A DNA stretch of 64,000 nt from Pyrinomonadaceae bacterium. GTDB lineage: Bacteria; Acidobacteriota; Blastocatellia; Pyrinomonadales; Pyrinomonadaceae. The stretch is from contig JBKBYA010000001.1 in the NCBI GenBank assembly GCA_046313635.1, positions 352,001-416,000 of the forward strand, in the 5' to 3' direction. This document shows positions 27,325 through 35,564 of the stretch, one piece after another. Within the stretch, counting starts at the first letter, position 1; each line of letters opens with the position of its first letter. The translations under genes were made by a program, and so were the position numbers. The notes under the pieces are model-generated. The model made no database searches and had not been told where the DNA came from. It was given only the letters and a program-made list of their open reading frames with translations.

Positions 27325-28206
27325 ATGAATCAAGACGTGCCTGAGCTCCTAGAGAGTCTCGACGTGCCCTTAATCGAGGAAGAAGATGGCGTTGAGCGAA
27401 CCGACGACGTCACTCTTACACCAGGAAGTAATTCGGACTCACCTGAACTTGTTGAGAAGCACATTAGTGAAGATATTCGTAAACTCTACGACGTTTACAG
27501 CTACCGACATGCTGCCGCGATATTTAGAACGAGCTTCCCGACGGAGCTCGCTGAGCTGGAAGATGCCCTTCGGCAGTTCAGTTTGACGACGAGGGATATT
27601 GGAACTCCGGGTGGCAATGAATCAATAATTCCGAAAAAATTCTCCGACGTCTTAAGGCCGCATGAATGGAAAGAAACGAGAATCCAGGGCGACCTATTGA
27701 TTCGCCTAATTTCAAGCTCAAGCAAAATGATCAAGGTCAAGCCAGAGCATTGGAAAACGGCGGACGTCAAGACTATCGAAAACTATATTGATGGACACAA
27801 GATTGATTACGTAAAAGGACAGGTCGCATTCGACCTGGAATGGAATAGCAAAGATCAAACGTTCGATCGTGACCTTTATGCGTTTCGCCTTTTCCATGAA
27901 TGTGGTGTTATTAGCGCGGCAGCACTCGTTACCAGAAGTGAAAAACTCAACCCTGTATTTCCACACGTGCCGGTACTCGACAAGAAGGGAAACCAACTAA
28001 GGGATGAAAAGGGTAGGGTGAAAATGTGCAACACAAAATACGGCGCGAGTAGCACATGGATGGGAAAACTTCTCTATCGTATGAATGCAGGAAGGAGTGG
28101 CGGATGTCCTGTTTTGATTTTCGGAATTACGCCAAAAGTTATCGAAGATTGGCCGCCAAAGGAGGACCACGATGAAAGCGTCGGAGAGTTTACTGTCAAG
28201 GGTTGA
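27325..28206 (+). CDS. BglII/BstYI-like type II restriction endonuclease
   Basis: GGNES, HKIDYVK-x3-AFDLEWNSKDQTFDRDL (PD-(D/E)xK-like core), KYGASST, GGCPVL; AT-richer DNA. Confidence 0.8.
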   Translation: MNQDVPELLESLDVPLIEEEDGVERTDDVTLTPGSNSDSPELVEKHISEDIRKLYDVYSYRHAAAIFRTSFPTELAELEDALRQFSLTTRDIGTPGGNESIIPKKFSDVLRPHEWKETRIQGDLLIRLISSSSKMIKVKPEHWKTADVKTIENYIDGHKIDYVKGQVAFDLEWNSKDQTFDRDLYAFRLFHECGVISAAALVTRSEKLNPVFPHVPVLDKKGNQLRDEKGRVKMCNTKYGASSTWMGKLLYRMNAGRSGGCPVLIFGITPKVIEDWPPKEDHDESVGEFTVKG

Positions 28207-28879
28207 AACAGGTAAATACAAAACGATTTTAGCCGACCCGCCCTGGCAATTTCAGAACCGAACCGGAAAGATGGCGCCTGAGCACAGAAGGCTTATGCGT
28301 TATCCAACGATGACGCTGGATGAGATCATGGAGCTTCCTGTGAGCATGCTCGCTGATGATCCGTGTCACTTGTATCTCTGGTGTCCGAATGCTCTTTTGC
28401 CGGATGGATTAAAAGTAATGAAGGCATGGGGCTTCGAATACAAGAGCTATATCCTTTGGCATAAGGTCAGAAAGGACGGACATTCCGACGGCCGTGGCGT
28501 AGGTTTTTATTTTCGGAACGTTACCGAACTTTTACTTTTCGGCGTTCGCGGAACCAAGAATCGTCGTACGTTAGCACCGGCGAGATCCCAAGTGAACTAT
28601 ATCGCTACTCGAAAACGCGAACACTCGCGAAAGCCCGACGAGGTGTATGAGATTATCGAAAAATGCTCTCAAGGCCCGAGACTAGAAATGTTTGCTCGCT
28701 TCCCGCGGTTGGGCTGGGACGCATGGGGTAACGAGGATCTAACCGAGAATGAAAGCGTGGGTGTCGCTCTTCGTAAAGGTCACGTGGAACGCAATCTGCG
28801 TTTGGTTGAAGCGCCGAAAGGTTACTCGGGCGGTCGGATCGAATCAGTGAAAGACAGTACAGTCAGAAAGGTCGGCTAA
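28172..28879 (+). CDS. MT-A70 family N6-adenine DNA methyltransferase
   Basis: ILADPPW, HLYLW, WGF, TELLLFG, HSRKP, LEMFAR, WGNE. Confidence 0.9.
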   Translation: MKASESLLSRVETGKYKTILADPPWQFQNRTGKMAPEHRRLMRYPTMTLDEIMELPVSMLADDPCHLYLWCPNALLPDGLKVMKAWGFEYKSYILWHKVRKDGHSDGRGVGFYFRNVTELLLFGVRGTKNRRTLAPARSQVNYIATRKREHSRKPDEVYEIIEKCSQGPRLEMFARFPRLGWDAWGNEDLTENESVGVALRKGHVERNLRLVEAPKGYSGGRIESVKDSTVRKVG

Positions 28880-28898
28880 CTCCCGACTCCAATATGCC

Positions 28899-29102
28899 AT
28901 GCGAATCCTGTTAGCATTTTGTCTCGGCGTCTTAGTATCTATTTTAGTTGGTAGAGTATCTGTGGTCGAATCGGCTCAGGAAGCTCGAATTACGGGTGAG
29001 AGTGGCCACTTATACGGTGTCGAGGTCGTGGACCGGAAGGGCCAAACGATTTGTATTGGACCGCATTGGAGTAAGGCTGATAAAGAGATTACCTGTAGGT
29101 GA
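28899..29102 (+). CDS. Small hypothetical exported protein
   Basis: 67 aa with hydrophobic N-terminus and two C-terminal Cys; followed by a hairpin. Confidence 0.5.
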   Translation: MRILLAFCLGVLVSILVGRVSVVESAQEARITGESGHLYGVEVVDRKGQTICIGPHWSKADKEITCR

Positions 29103-29107
29103 TATGC

Positions 29108-29145
29108 AAAAAAACGGCGACGTTCGCCGGAACGTCGCCGTCTTC
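29108..29145. terminator. Hairpin/terminator near the right end of the islet
   Basis: ACGGCGACGTTC / GAACGTCGCCGT perfect 12-bp stem preceded by an A run. Confidence 0.65.
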
Positions 29146-29258
29146 ATGGACAAGGAAAGCGACCCCATTTTTTATCGCTTTCGCTTGAGTGAGCACGCAA
29201 AGGCGAATACGGCCGGTGAGAATTATAGTCATTGGGCCACAGCGATCAACAAAAATCT

Positions 29259-29438
29259 GCTCTCGACCGCCCCGCGCTCGTCTATCTCGTAGCTCCCGCC
29301 CTTGCATTTCATCGCGACCACGAGTTTTTTGCCGCTGCGATCTCGCCCGAGATCGAGATGTGGCGTTTTGAGCTGCACGAGGACTGGCGGCGGGAGATCA
29401 AGGTGATCGGCCGGCGTGGCGGCGAGAAAAAGCTTTGA
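29259..29438 (+). pseudogene. 3' remnant of a conserved hypothetical (nuclease-fold-like) gene
   Basis: GC-rich frame ALDRPALVYLVAPALAFHRDHEFFAAAISPEIEMWRFELHEDWRREIKVIGRR with no credible start, beginning where the AT-richer DNA ends. Confidence 0.5.
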
Positions 29439-29506
29439 GCCCGCGAGTGAATCGCTTACAATCTCGGCAAAATTCAATTCGATCCCCAACTCTTCGAGGT
29501 TCAAAT

Positions 29507-32500
29507 ATGCAGGAAAGAGCGAGGCGTTTGATGTTGGCGGCGATGGTGTCGGCGGCGGTTTTCGGCGCGGCGGCGTGGCTCGGCTCGGGGCCGGCCGCCG
29601 GGGCGGCGGCGGCGGAGAAGGGCGGCGAGACGGCGGTCGTCTTCAGCAATCCGGAGCCGATCGCGATCAATACCGTGCCGAGCGGGACGACCGCGCCGAC
29701 TCGGGCCGCACTCTACCCGTCGACGATCGCCGTGAGCGGGATGACCGGCACGGTCACAAAGGTCGAGGTGACGCTCAAGGGCCTCTCGCACGCGCTGCCG
29801 CTCGACGCAGACTTTTTGCTGGTCGGGCCGACGGGGGCGAAATTCATCTTTTTGTCGGACTCAGGGCCGTTTGCTCCGGTGGACGACCGGGTCTATACGT
29901 TCCGGGACGACGCGCCGACGACCTTTCGCGAGGAGTCGGGCGCGTACCGCCCGACGAGCGGCGACGCGGCGACCGACACCTTTCCCTCGCCGGCTCCGGC
30001 CGGGCCTTACAGCATCCCGCCGGCGGCGACATTCGCGTCGGTCTTTAACGGCACCGACCCGAACGGCACATGGTCGCTCTACGCCGTGGACGATCAACTG
30101 ACGTGGCCTGGCGAGATCGTCGAGGGCTGGTCGATCACGGTCACAACGACCGGCTCGCCCGCGACGGCGTTTGCAAACACGAGCACGATCGCTCTCGGCG
30201 ACATCGTCGCCGTCGCGACGCCGTACGGCTCGACGATACCCGTCAGCGGCCTGTCGGGCGTGATCTCAAAGGTGACCGTCACGCTCAACGGCGTCTCGCA
30301 CACGCGGCCCGACGATATCGACATCCTGCTCGTCAGCCCGAATGGCCGCGGACTCGTGCTGATGTCGGACGCTGGCGGCAGCCAGACCGCGACAAACGCA
30401 AACCTCACGTTTGACGATGCGGGAGCGACGACGATCGGCACGGTCATGACCGGCACATACCGGCCGACGGACAACGTTTCTGAGGGGACCAACGACTCCT
30501 TTGCGTCGCCCGCCCCGATGCGTCCCTACTTTCAGGGCGGTTCGCCGCTGAGCGTCTTTAACGGCTTCAGCCCGAACGGCGAATGGCGGCTCTTCGTCGT
30601 GGACGACGGGCTCGGCAACTCTGGCTCGATCGCCGGCGGATGGAGCCTCGATATCACGACCGTGCCCGCGCCGCCGCCGGCACAGGCCGCCTGCGCTGTG
30701 CCGTCATTCAGCCCGACCAATTTCGGCGTCGGAATTAACCCGACCGGCGTCGCGGTCGCAGACTTTAACGGCGACGGCAGCACCGATCTCGCCGTTACAA
30801 ACCAGGTCTCGGGCGACGTCTCGATAATGATGGGCAACGGCGGCGGCGGATTTTCGCCCGGTCAGCCGGTCACCGCCGGCTCGAGCCCGTACGCGGTCAC
30901 GGCCGGGCGGTTCAATGCCGACAACTTCGTCGATCTCGCGGTGGCCAATTCCGGCTCCAACAACGTCTCGGTCCTGCTCGGCCACGGCAACGGCCTTTTT
31001 GCCGCGCCGGTCAGCTTCGTCGTCGGCCCGACGCCGATCTCGATCGCCGCCGGCGACGTCAACAACGACTCAAAGCAGGACCTGATCGTGGCGAATTTCG
31101 GCAGCTTTTTTGCTGGTTCGGTCTCGGTGCTGCTCGGCAACGGCTCGGGCGGGTTTGCGGCGACCAGTTCGGTCCGTACGAGGACGCAGCCGTCATTCGT
31201 TTACCCGGCGCTGCTCAACGGCGACGGCGACCTCGATCTGATCGTCTCGAGCTTCGGCTCAAACAGCGTGTCGACATACTTTGGGCTGGGCACCGGGAGC
31301 TTTCAGCTCAGCCAAAATCTGAATACCGGCTCGGGGCCCGTCTCGATCGCGATGGCCGACCTTACCGGCGACGGCGTGCGCGAGCTGCTCGTGACAAACT
31401 TTAACGGCGACTCGGTGACGACGTGCACGGGCACGACGAACGGCAGCTTCACGTCATGCTCAAACTCGGGCGGCTTTGGCCCAAACCCGATCTCGATCGC
31501 GACGGCGCAATTCACCGGGCCGGGCGTCAATTCGTTCGTCGTCGCGCTCAGCGGCGCGAGCGCGGTGCGTACGAGCTTTGCGACCGACACCTCGACCGGT
31601 CAAAACCCGAACGCCGTCGCGACCGGCGACTTCAATTCCGACGGCAAGCCCGACATCGTCTCGGTCAACTCGGGCTCTAACGACATTTCGGTCCTGATCA
31701 ACCGCTGTCAGGTCGCGCGCGGGAACTATTTCGATTTCAACGGCGACCGCAAGACGGACTACTCGGTCTTCAGGCCGGCCGGTGCCGCGTGGTGGATACA
31801 GGGCCTGTCGAGCGGCAATCCGGCATACAAATTCGGCCGACCGGGCGATATGCCGATGCCCGCGGACTACAACGGCGATCTCAGGACGGACGCCGCATTC
31901 TATCGTCCGGAGACGGGGCTTTGGTTCGTCATCGAACAGTCCGGCCGCACGATCTACCAGCAGAAGTTCGGCTTCACCGAGGACGTCCCGGCGCCGGCCG
32001 ACTACGACGGCGACGGCAAGGCGGACATCGCGGTCTGGCGCCCGAGTCAGGGCTTTTGGTACGTGAGAAAGAGTACCGACAATTCGATACTGATCGGGCA
32101 GTGGGGCATCGCGGGCGACCGTCCGGTACCGGCCGATTACGACGGCGACGGCAAGGACGACTTTGCCGTCTTCAGGCCGTCGGAGGGCGTGTGGTACATC
32201 TTCCGCAGCTCGGACAACCAGATCGAATTCAAGGCCTTCGGCATCGCCGAGGACAAGACCGTGCAGGGCGACTACGACGGCGACGGCAAGGCGGACGTCG
32301 CCGTATGGCGTCCTTCGACGGGCGTGTGGTACGTGCTGAGAAGCAGCGACGGTGATTTTCGCGCGTTCCGATTCGGGCTGGCGGGCGACATTCCGGTCGT
32401 CGGCGATTACGACGCAGACGGCAAATTCGACTACGCGGTCTGGCGGCCGAGCGAGGGATTTTGGTACGTGTGGAAGAGTTCGGACTCGTCGGCGCAGTAT

Positions 32501-32554
32501 TTTCTCTGGGGCGCGGCCGGCGACATTCCGCTGCCGGCGTCGCTCGTGCGGTAG
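29507..32554 (+). CDS. Large secreted protein: two proprotein-convertase P-like domains, FG-GAP/VCBS repeats, C-terminal DYDGDGK repeat domain
   Basis: Signal peptide, NGTWSL/NGEWRL...GWS motifs twice, ADFNGDG repeats, terminal PADYDGDGKAD-AVWRPS repeats. Confidence 0.85.
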   Translation: MQERARRLMLAAMVSAAVFGAAAWLGSGPAAGAAAAEKGGETAVVFSNPEPIAINTVPSGTTAPTRAALYPSTIAVSGMTGTVTKVEVTLKGLSHALPLDADFLLVGPTGAKFIFLSDSGPFAPVDDRVYTFRDDAPTTFREESGAYRPTSGDAATDTFPSPAPAGPYSIPPAATFASVFNGTDPNGTWSLYAVDDQLTWPGEIVEGWSITVTTTGSPATAFANTSTIALGDIVAVATPYGSTIPVSGLSGVISKVTVTLNGVSHTRPDDIDILLVSPNGRGLVLMSDAGGSQTATNANLTFDDAGATTIGTVMTGTYRPTDNVSEGTNDSFASPAPMRPYFQGGSPLSVFNGFSPNGEWRLFVVDDGLGNSGSIAGGWSLDITTVPAPPPAQAACAVPSFSPTNFGVGINPTGVAVADFNGDGSTDLAVTNQVSGDVSIMMGNGGGGFSPGQPVTAGSSPYAVTAGRFNADNFVDLAVANSGSNNVSVLLGHGNGLFAAPVSFVVGPTPISIAAGDVNNDSKQDLIVANFGSFFAGSVSVLLGNGSGGFAATSSVRTRTQPSFVYPALLNGDGDLDLIVSSFGSNSVSTYFGLGTGSFQLSQNLNTGSGPVSIAMADLTGDGVRELLVTNFNGDSVTTCTGTTNGSFTSCSNSGGFGPNPISIATAQFTGPGVNSFVVALSGASAVRTSFATDTSTGQNPNAVATGDFNSDGKPDIVSVNSGSNDISVLINRCQVARGNYFDFNGDRKTDYSVFRPAGAAWWIQGLSSGNPAYKFGRPGDMPMPADYNGDLRTDAAFYRPETGLWFVIEQSGRTIYQQKFGFTEDVPAPADYDGDGKADIAVWRPSQGFWYVRKSTDNSILIGQWGIAGDRPVPADYDGDGKDDFAVFRPSEGVWYIFRSSDNQIEFKAFGIAEDKTVQGDYDGDGKADVAVWRPSTGVWYVLRSSDGDFRAFRFGLAGDIPVVGDYDADGKFDYAVWRPSEGFWYVWKSSDSSAQYFLWGAAGDIPLPASLVR

Positions 32555-32557
32555 CCG

Positions 32558-33274
32558 TCAGGCGCTGCCCGGACGCTTGAATCGATAGCCGACGCCGCGA
32601 ACGGTCTGGACGATGGCGGGGTTGTTCGGTTCGTCCTCGAGATACTTGCGGAGGCGGACGACGAAGTTGTCGATGGCGCGTGTATCGGTATCTTCCTGCA
32701 TCTCCCAGACGCGCTCGAGTATCTCGCTGCGCGAGACGGCGCGGCCCTCGTTCTCGATCAAATAGCCGAGCAGCTTGGCCTCCATTAGCGTCAGGTGAAA
32801 TCTCTCGCCGCCGTGATGCAGCTCGAGATTGTCGAGATCGATGCGGCGGCCGTTTATCTCGAGCACGCGCGACTCGTGCTCGGCCGCAGTGCCGCCCGTC
32901 TGCAGGACAAACCACTCGCGCCGCCGGAGCAGCCCGTTGAGCCGCGCCAGAAAGATCGAAAGATCGAATGGCTTTGGCAGATAATCGTCGGCCCCTGCCT
33001 CGAAGCCATTCAGTACATCCTCCGGCCGACCGCGCGCCGTCAGCATAAGGATCGGCGTGTAGTCCTCACGCCGCCGCAGCTCGCGTGCGACGTCAAATCC
33101 GCTGATGCCCGGCAGCATCACGTCAAGCACGATCGAGTCAAAAGCGCCGTCGGCCGTCAGCTCGAGCGCAGCCTCGCCGGTCGGCGCGATCTCGACCTCG
33201 TAGCCCTCGGCCTCGATATTGAATCGCAGCCCGTCAGCGATGTGCTCTTCGTCCTCGACGATCAAAATGCGCAT
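32558..33274 (-). CDS. OmpR family response regulator
   Basis: ILIVEDE, LDVMLP, DDYLPKPF, IDNFVVRLRKYLE, VRGVGYRF. Confidence 0.93.
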   Translation of the reverse strand: MRILIVEDEEHIADGLRFNIEAEGYEVEIAPTGEAALELTADGAFDSIVLDVMLPGISGFDVARELRRREDYTPILMLTARGRPEDVLNGFEAGADDYLPKPFDLSIFLARLNGLLRRREWFVLQTGGTAAEHESRVLEINGRRIDLDNLELHHGGERFHLTLMEAKLLGYLIENEGRAVSRSEILERVWEMQEDTDTRAIDNFVVRLRKYLEDEPNNPAIVQTVRGVGYRFKRPGSA

Positions 33275-33513
33275 AGGTGTAAGTGTGAAGTGCGAGTGGT
33301 GAAGGGTGAGTTGTAAATTGTATTTAGTGAATCGTAAATAACGAGTCGCTTTTCTTCATTTACCATTTACCATTGACCATTTACCACGATCAAAATGCGC
33401 ATAGGTGTAAGTGTGAAGTGCGAGTGGTGAAAGGTGAGTTGTAAATTGTATTTAGTGAATCGTAAATAACGAGTCGCTTTTCTTCATTTACCATTTACCA
33501 TTGACCATTTACC
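33258..33513. repeat. 128-bp tandem duplication containing an inverted heptamer array
   Basis: 33258-33385 and 33386-33513 differ at one base; TGGTGAA/TTGTAAA units face TTTACCA units. Confidence 0.92.
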
Positions 33514-33534
33514 ACTCACCACTCACACTTCGTC

Positions 33535-34437
33535 TCACCCTCTCGGCAGTCTTACCCAAAACGTGCTTCCGCGGCCGGGGCCCTTGCTTTCGACGCCGAC
33601 GCGGCCGCCGTGCTTTTTGACGATCGCCCTGACGATCGGCAGACCGAGGCCGGTACCTTTGACGCCTGCGGCGGCGCCGCTTGGCGCGCGGTAAAAGCGC
33701 TTGAAGATCCGCTTGGCGTCGGCCGGCGCGATGCCGATGCCGTTGTCCTTGATGTAGATCTCGGCGGCGCGGTTCATCGCCGACGCCTTGATCCGCACGG
33801 CGATCTTGGGCTCGCTGCCCGAATACTTGACGGCGTTCTCGAGCAGATTCGAAAACACGGTCTGCAGCTCGCCGCGTCGCCCGAGCACGACTATCGGCTT
33901 GTCGGGCGCCGTAACGCGTATCGAGTCCTCCGGGAGATGGAAGCGTCCCCTCACGACCGAAGCGGTCTCCTCCAACAGCGAAGCCAGCTCGACCTCCGAC
34001 GGCTCTTCGCCGCCGACCGATCTCTTACGCTCGCGCGTCCGGCTCGCCTCGAGCACCTGCTCGACGGTGCGGAGCAGGCGGTCGTTGTCCTCCAGCATGC
34101 GGTCGTAAAACTCGCGGCGGCGCTCGGGCGGCAGCTTTTCGTCGCGGGCGCGGAGCGTCTCGAGATACAGGCGGATGGAGGCGATCGGCGTCTTCAGCTC
34201 GTGCGTGACGGCATTTAGAAACGCGTCATGCTGCTCGTTTCGGCGGATCTCGCGCACGAGAAAGATCGTGTTCAGTATCAATCCCGTGATGATCAGCGTA
34301 AAAAAGACCGCGCCCAGCACGAGCAGCGCGACCTCGCGGATATTCAGGATGATCCAGCCGATATTCAGCGCGATGGCGAGCGCCGTCAAAGCGATGCCGA
34401 GGACCAAAAAGAATATCGCTGTCCGCCGTCGCCGCAT
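33535..34437 (-). CDS. Sensor histidine kinase, intramembrane-sensing architecture
   Basis: Two adjacent TM helices directly followed by AVTHELKTP; NLLENAVKY, DNGIG, GTGLGL. Confidence 0.9.
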   Translation of the reverse strand: MRRRRTAIFFLVLGIALTALAIALNIGWIILNIREVALLVLGAVFFTLIITGLILNTIFLVREIRRNEQHDAFLNAVTHELKTPIASIRLYLETLRARDEKLPPERRREFYDRMLEDNDRLLRTVEQVLEASRTRERKRSVGGEEPSEVELASLLEETASVVRGRFHLPEDSIRVTAPDKPIVVLGRRGELQTVFSNLLENAVKYSGSEPKIAVRIKASAMNRAAEIYIKDNGIGIAPADAKRIFKRFYRAPSGAAAGVKGTGLGLPIVRAIVKKHGGRVGVESKGPGRGSTFWVRLPRG

Positions 34438-34470
34438 TCAGGGTGATTGTAGGCAAAGTCGCGTCGCGGT

Positions 34471-34548
34471 AAAAGTGAGACGAGAAAAAGCGAAAAGGTG
34501 AGACAGGCTGCCTCGGCCCGTCTCACCTTTTCGTTCTCTCACCCTTTC
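34471..34548 (-). terminator. Repeat-derived hairpin, probable terminator of the desaturase gene
   Basis: CGAAAAGGTGAGAC / GTCTCACCTTTTCG perfect 14-bp stem; T-rich tail on the minus strand. Confidence 0.6.
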
Positions 34549-34556
34549 GGGCGGGG

Positions 34557-35420
34557 TCAGGCTGCTTTGCGCATTACCTTTTGCTCCTCGGACTCGAGGT
34601 CGAGGGCGTAGACGTCGCGGACGAGGCCGAGCCTCTCGAGCAGGCGGATCTGCTGCCAGTTGACGTCAAACTCGCGCGTCGTCAGACCGTGGCGTGCCGA
34701 GCGCGGGTAAGCGTGGTGATTGTTGTGCCAGCCCTCGCCGAATGTGAGCGCGGCGATCCAGCCGTTATTGCGCGAGTCGTCGGTAGTGTTAAAGCGGCGC
34801 GAGCCCCAGAGGTGCGTCGCCGAGTTGACCAGCCACGTAAAGTGCCAACCCGCGACCGTTCGCAGAAAGATCCCCCAGACGACCATCTGCCAGCCGCCGA
34901 TCAAATACAGGACGACGCCCGCGACGATCGGCGTGACGAAATAGAACTTGTCGAGCGCGACGAGATACGGGTCGCGGATCAGGTCGGGCGAATATCGACG
35001 AACGGCCGACTCGGGCTGCATCTGCGCCGTCCCGCGAAAGATCCAGCCGATGTGGGCCCAGTAGGTGCCGCCTCGAGGGCTGTGAGGGTCCTTGTCGGTC
35101 TCGGTAAAGGCGTGATGGATGCGGTGCGTCGTGACCCAGGCGATCGGGCCGGACTGCATCGCGAGCGTCCCGCACGTGGCGAGAAAGCGCTCAAACCAGC
35201 GCGACGTCTTGAACCCGCGATGGGTCAGCAGACGATGGTAGCCGATGCCGATGCCCCAGCTGCCGGCGACCCACCACAGCACGAGAGCGGCGGCGAGATT
35301 CTGCCAGCTGAATGTAAAAAATGCCGTGACGGCGATCAGGTGAAATGCCGCGACAAAAAACAGCGTGTGCCAGTTGATGCGATCTCTGGTACCTAATTCA
35401 AATTCGACGACGTTCTGCAC
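34557..35420 (-). CDS. Delta-9 acyl-lipid/acyl-CoA fatty acid desaturase
   Basis: His boxes YHRLLTH, HRIHH, GEGWHNNHH. Confidence 0.93.
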   Translation of the reverse strand: MQNVVEFELGTRDRINWHTLFFVAAFHLIAVTAFFTFSWQNLAAALVLWWVAGSWGIGIGYHRLLTHRGFKTSRWFERFLATCGTLAMQSGPIAWVTTHRIHHAFTETDKDPHSPRGGTYWAHIGWIFRGTAQMQPESAVRRYSPDLIRDPYLVALDKFYFVTPIVAGVVLYLIGGWQMVVWGIFLRTVAGWHFTWLVNSATHLWGSRRFNTTDDSRNNGWIAALTFGEGWHNNHHAYPRSARHGLTTREFDVNWQQIRLLERLGLVRDVYALDLESEEQKVMRKAA

Positions 35421-35483
35421 GATTCGTTATTCCTCTCTTCCGTAAACTGGGCCGCGGCAGGTCAAACCGTAGCCGCTGATTTA

Positions 35484-35527
35484 ACCTTAACAATTCGAAC
35501 CGGCAGGTAATGTAAGAGTTTTGTAAT
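35484..35527 (-). promoter_or_regulatory. Desaturase promoter with OmpR-type direct repeat
   Basis: TGTAAG-N5-TGTAAT (35511, 35522) over the -35 region; minus-strand TGtTAAGGT extended -10. Confidence 0.55.
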
Positions 35528-35564
35528 TTGGCGGAAGCGGTGCAGAGAGATACGGTGAGCGTCG

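Noticed and set aside
31730..32540. DNA-level repeats in FG-GAP coding regions as DGR template/variable repeats
   Set aside because: Explained by protein repeats; no reverse transcriptase or adenine-specific mismatch pair seen
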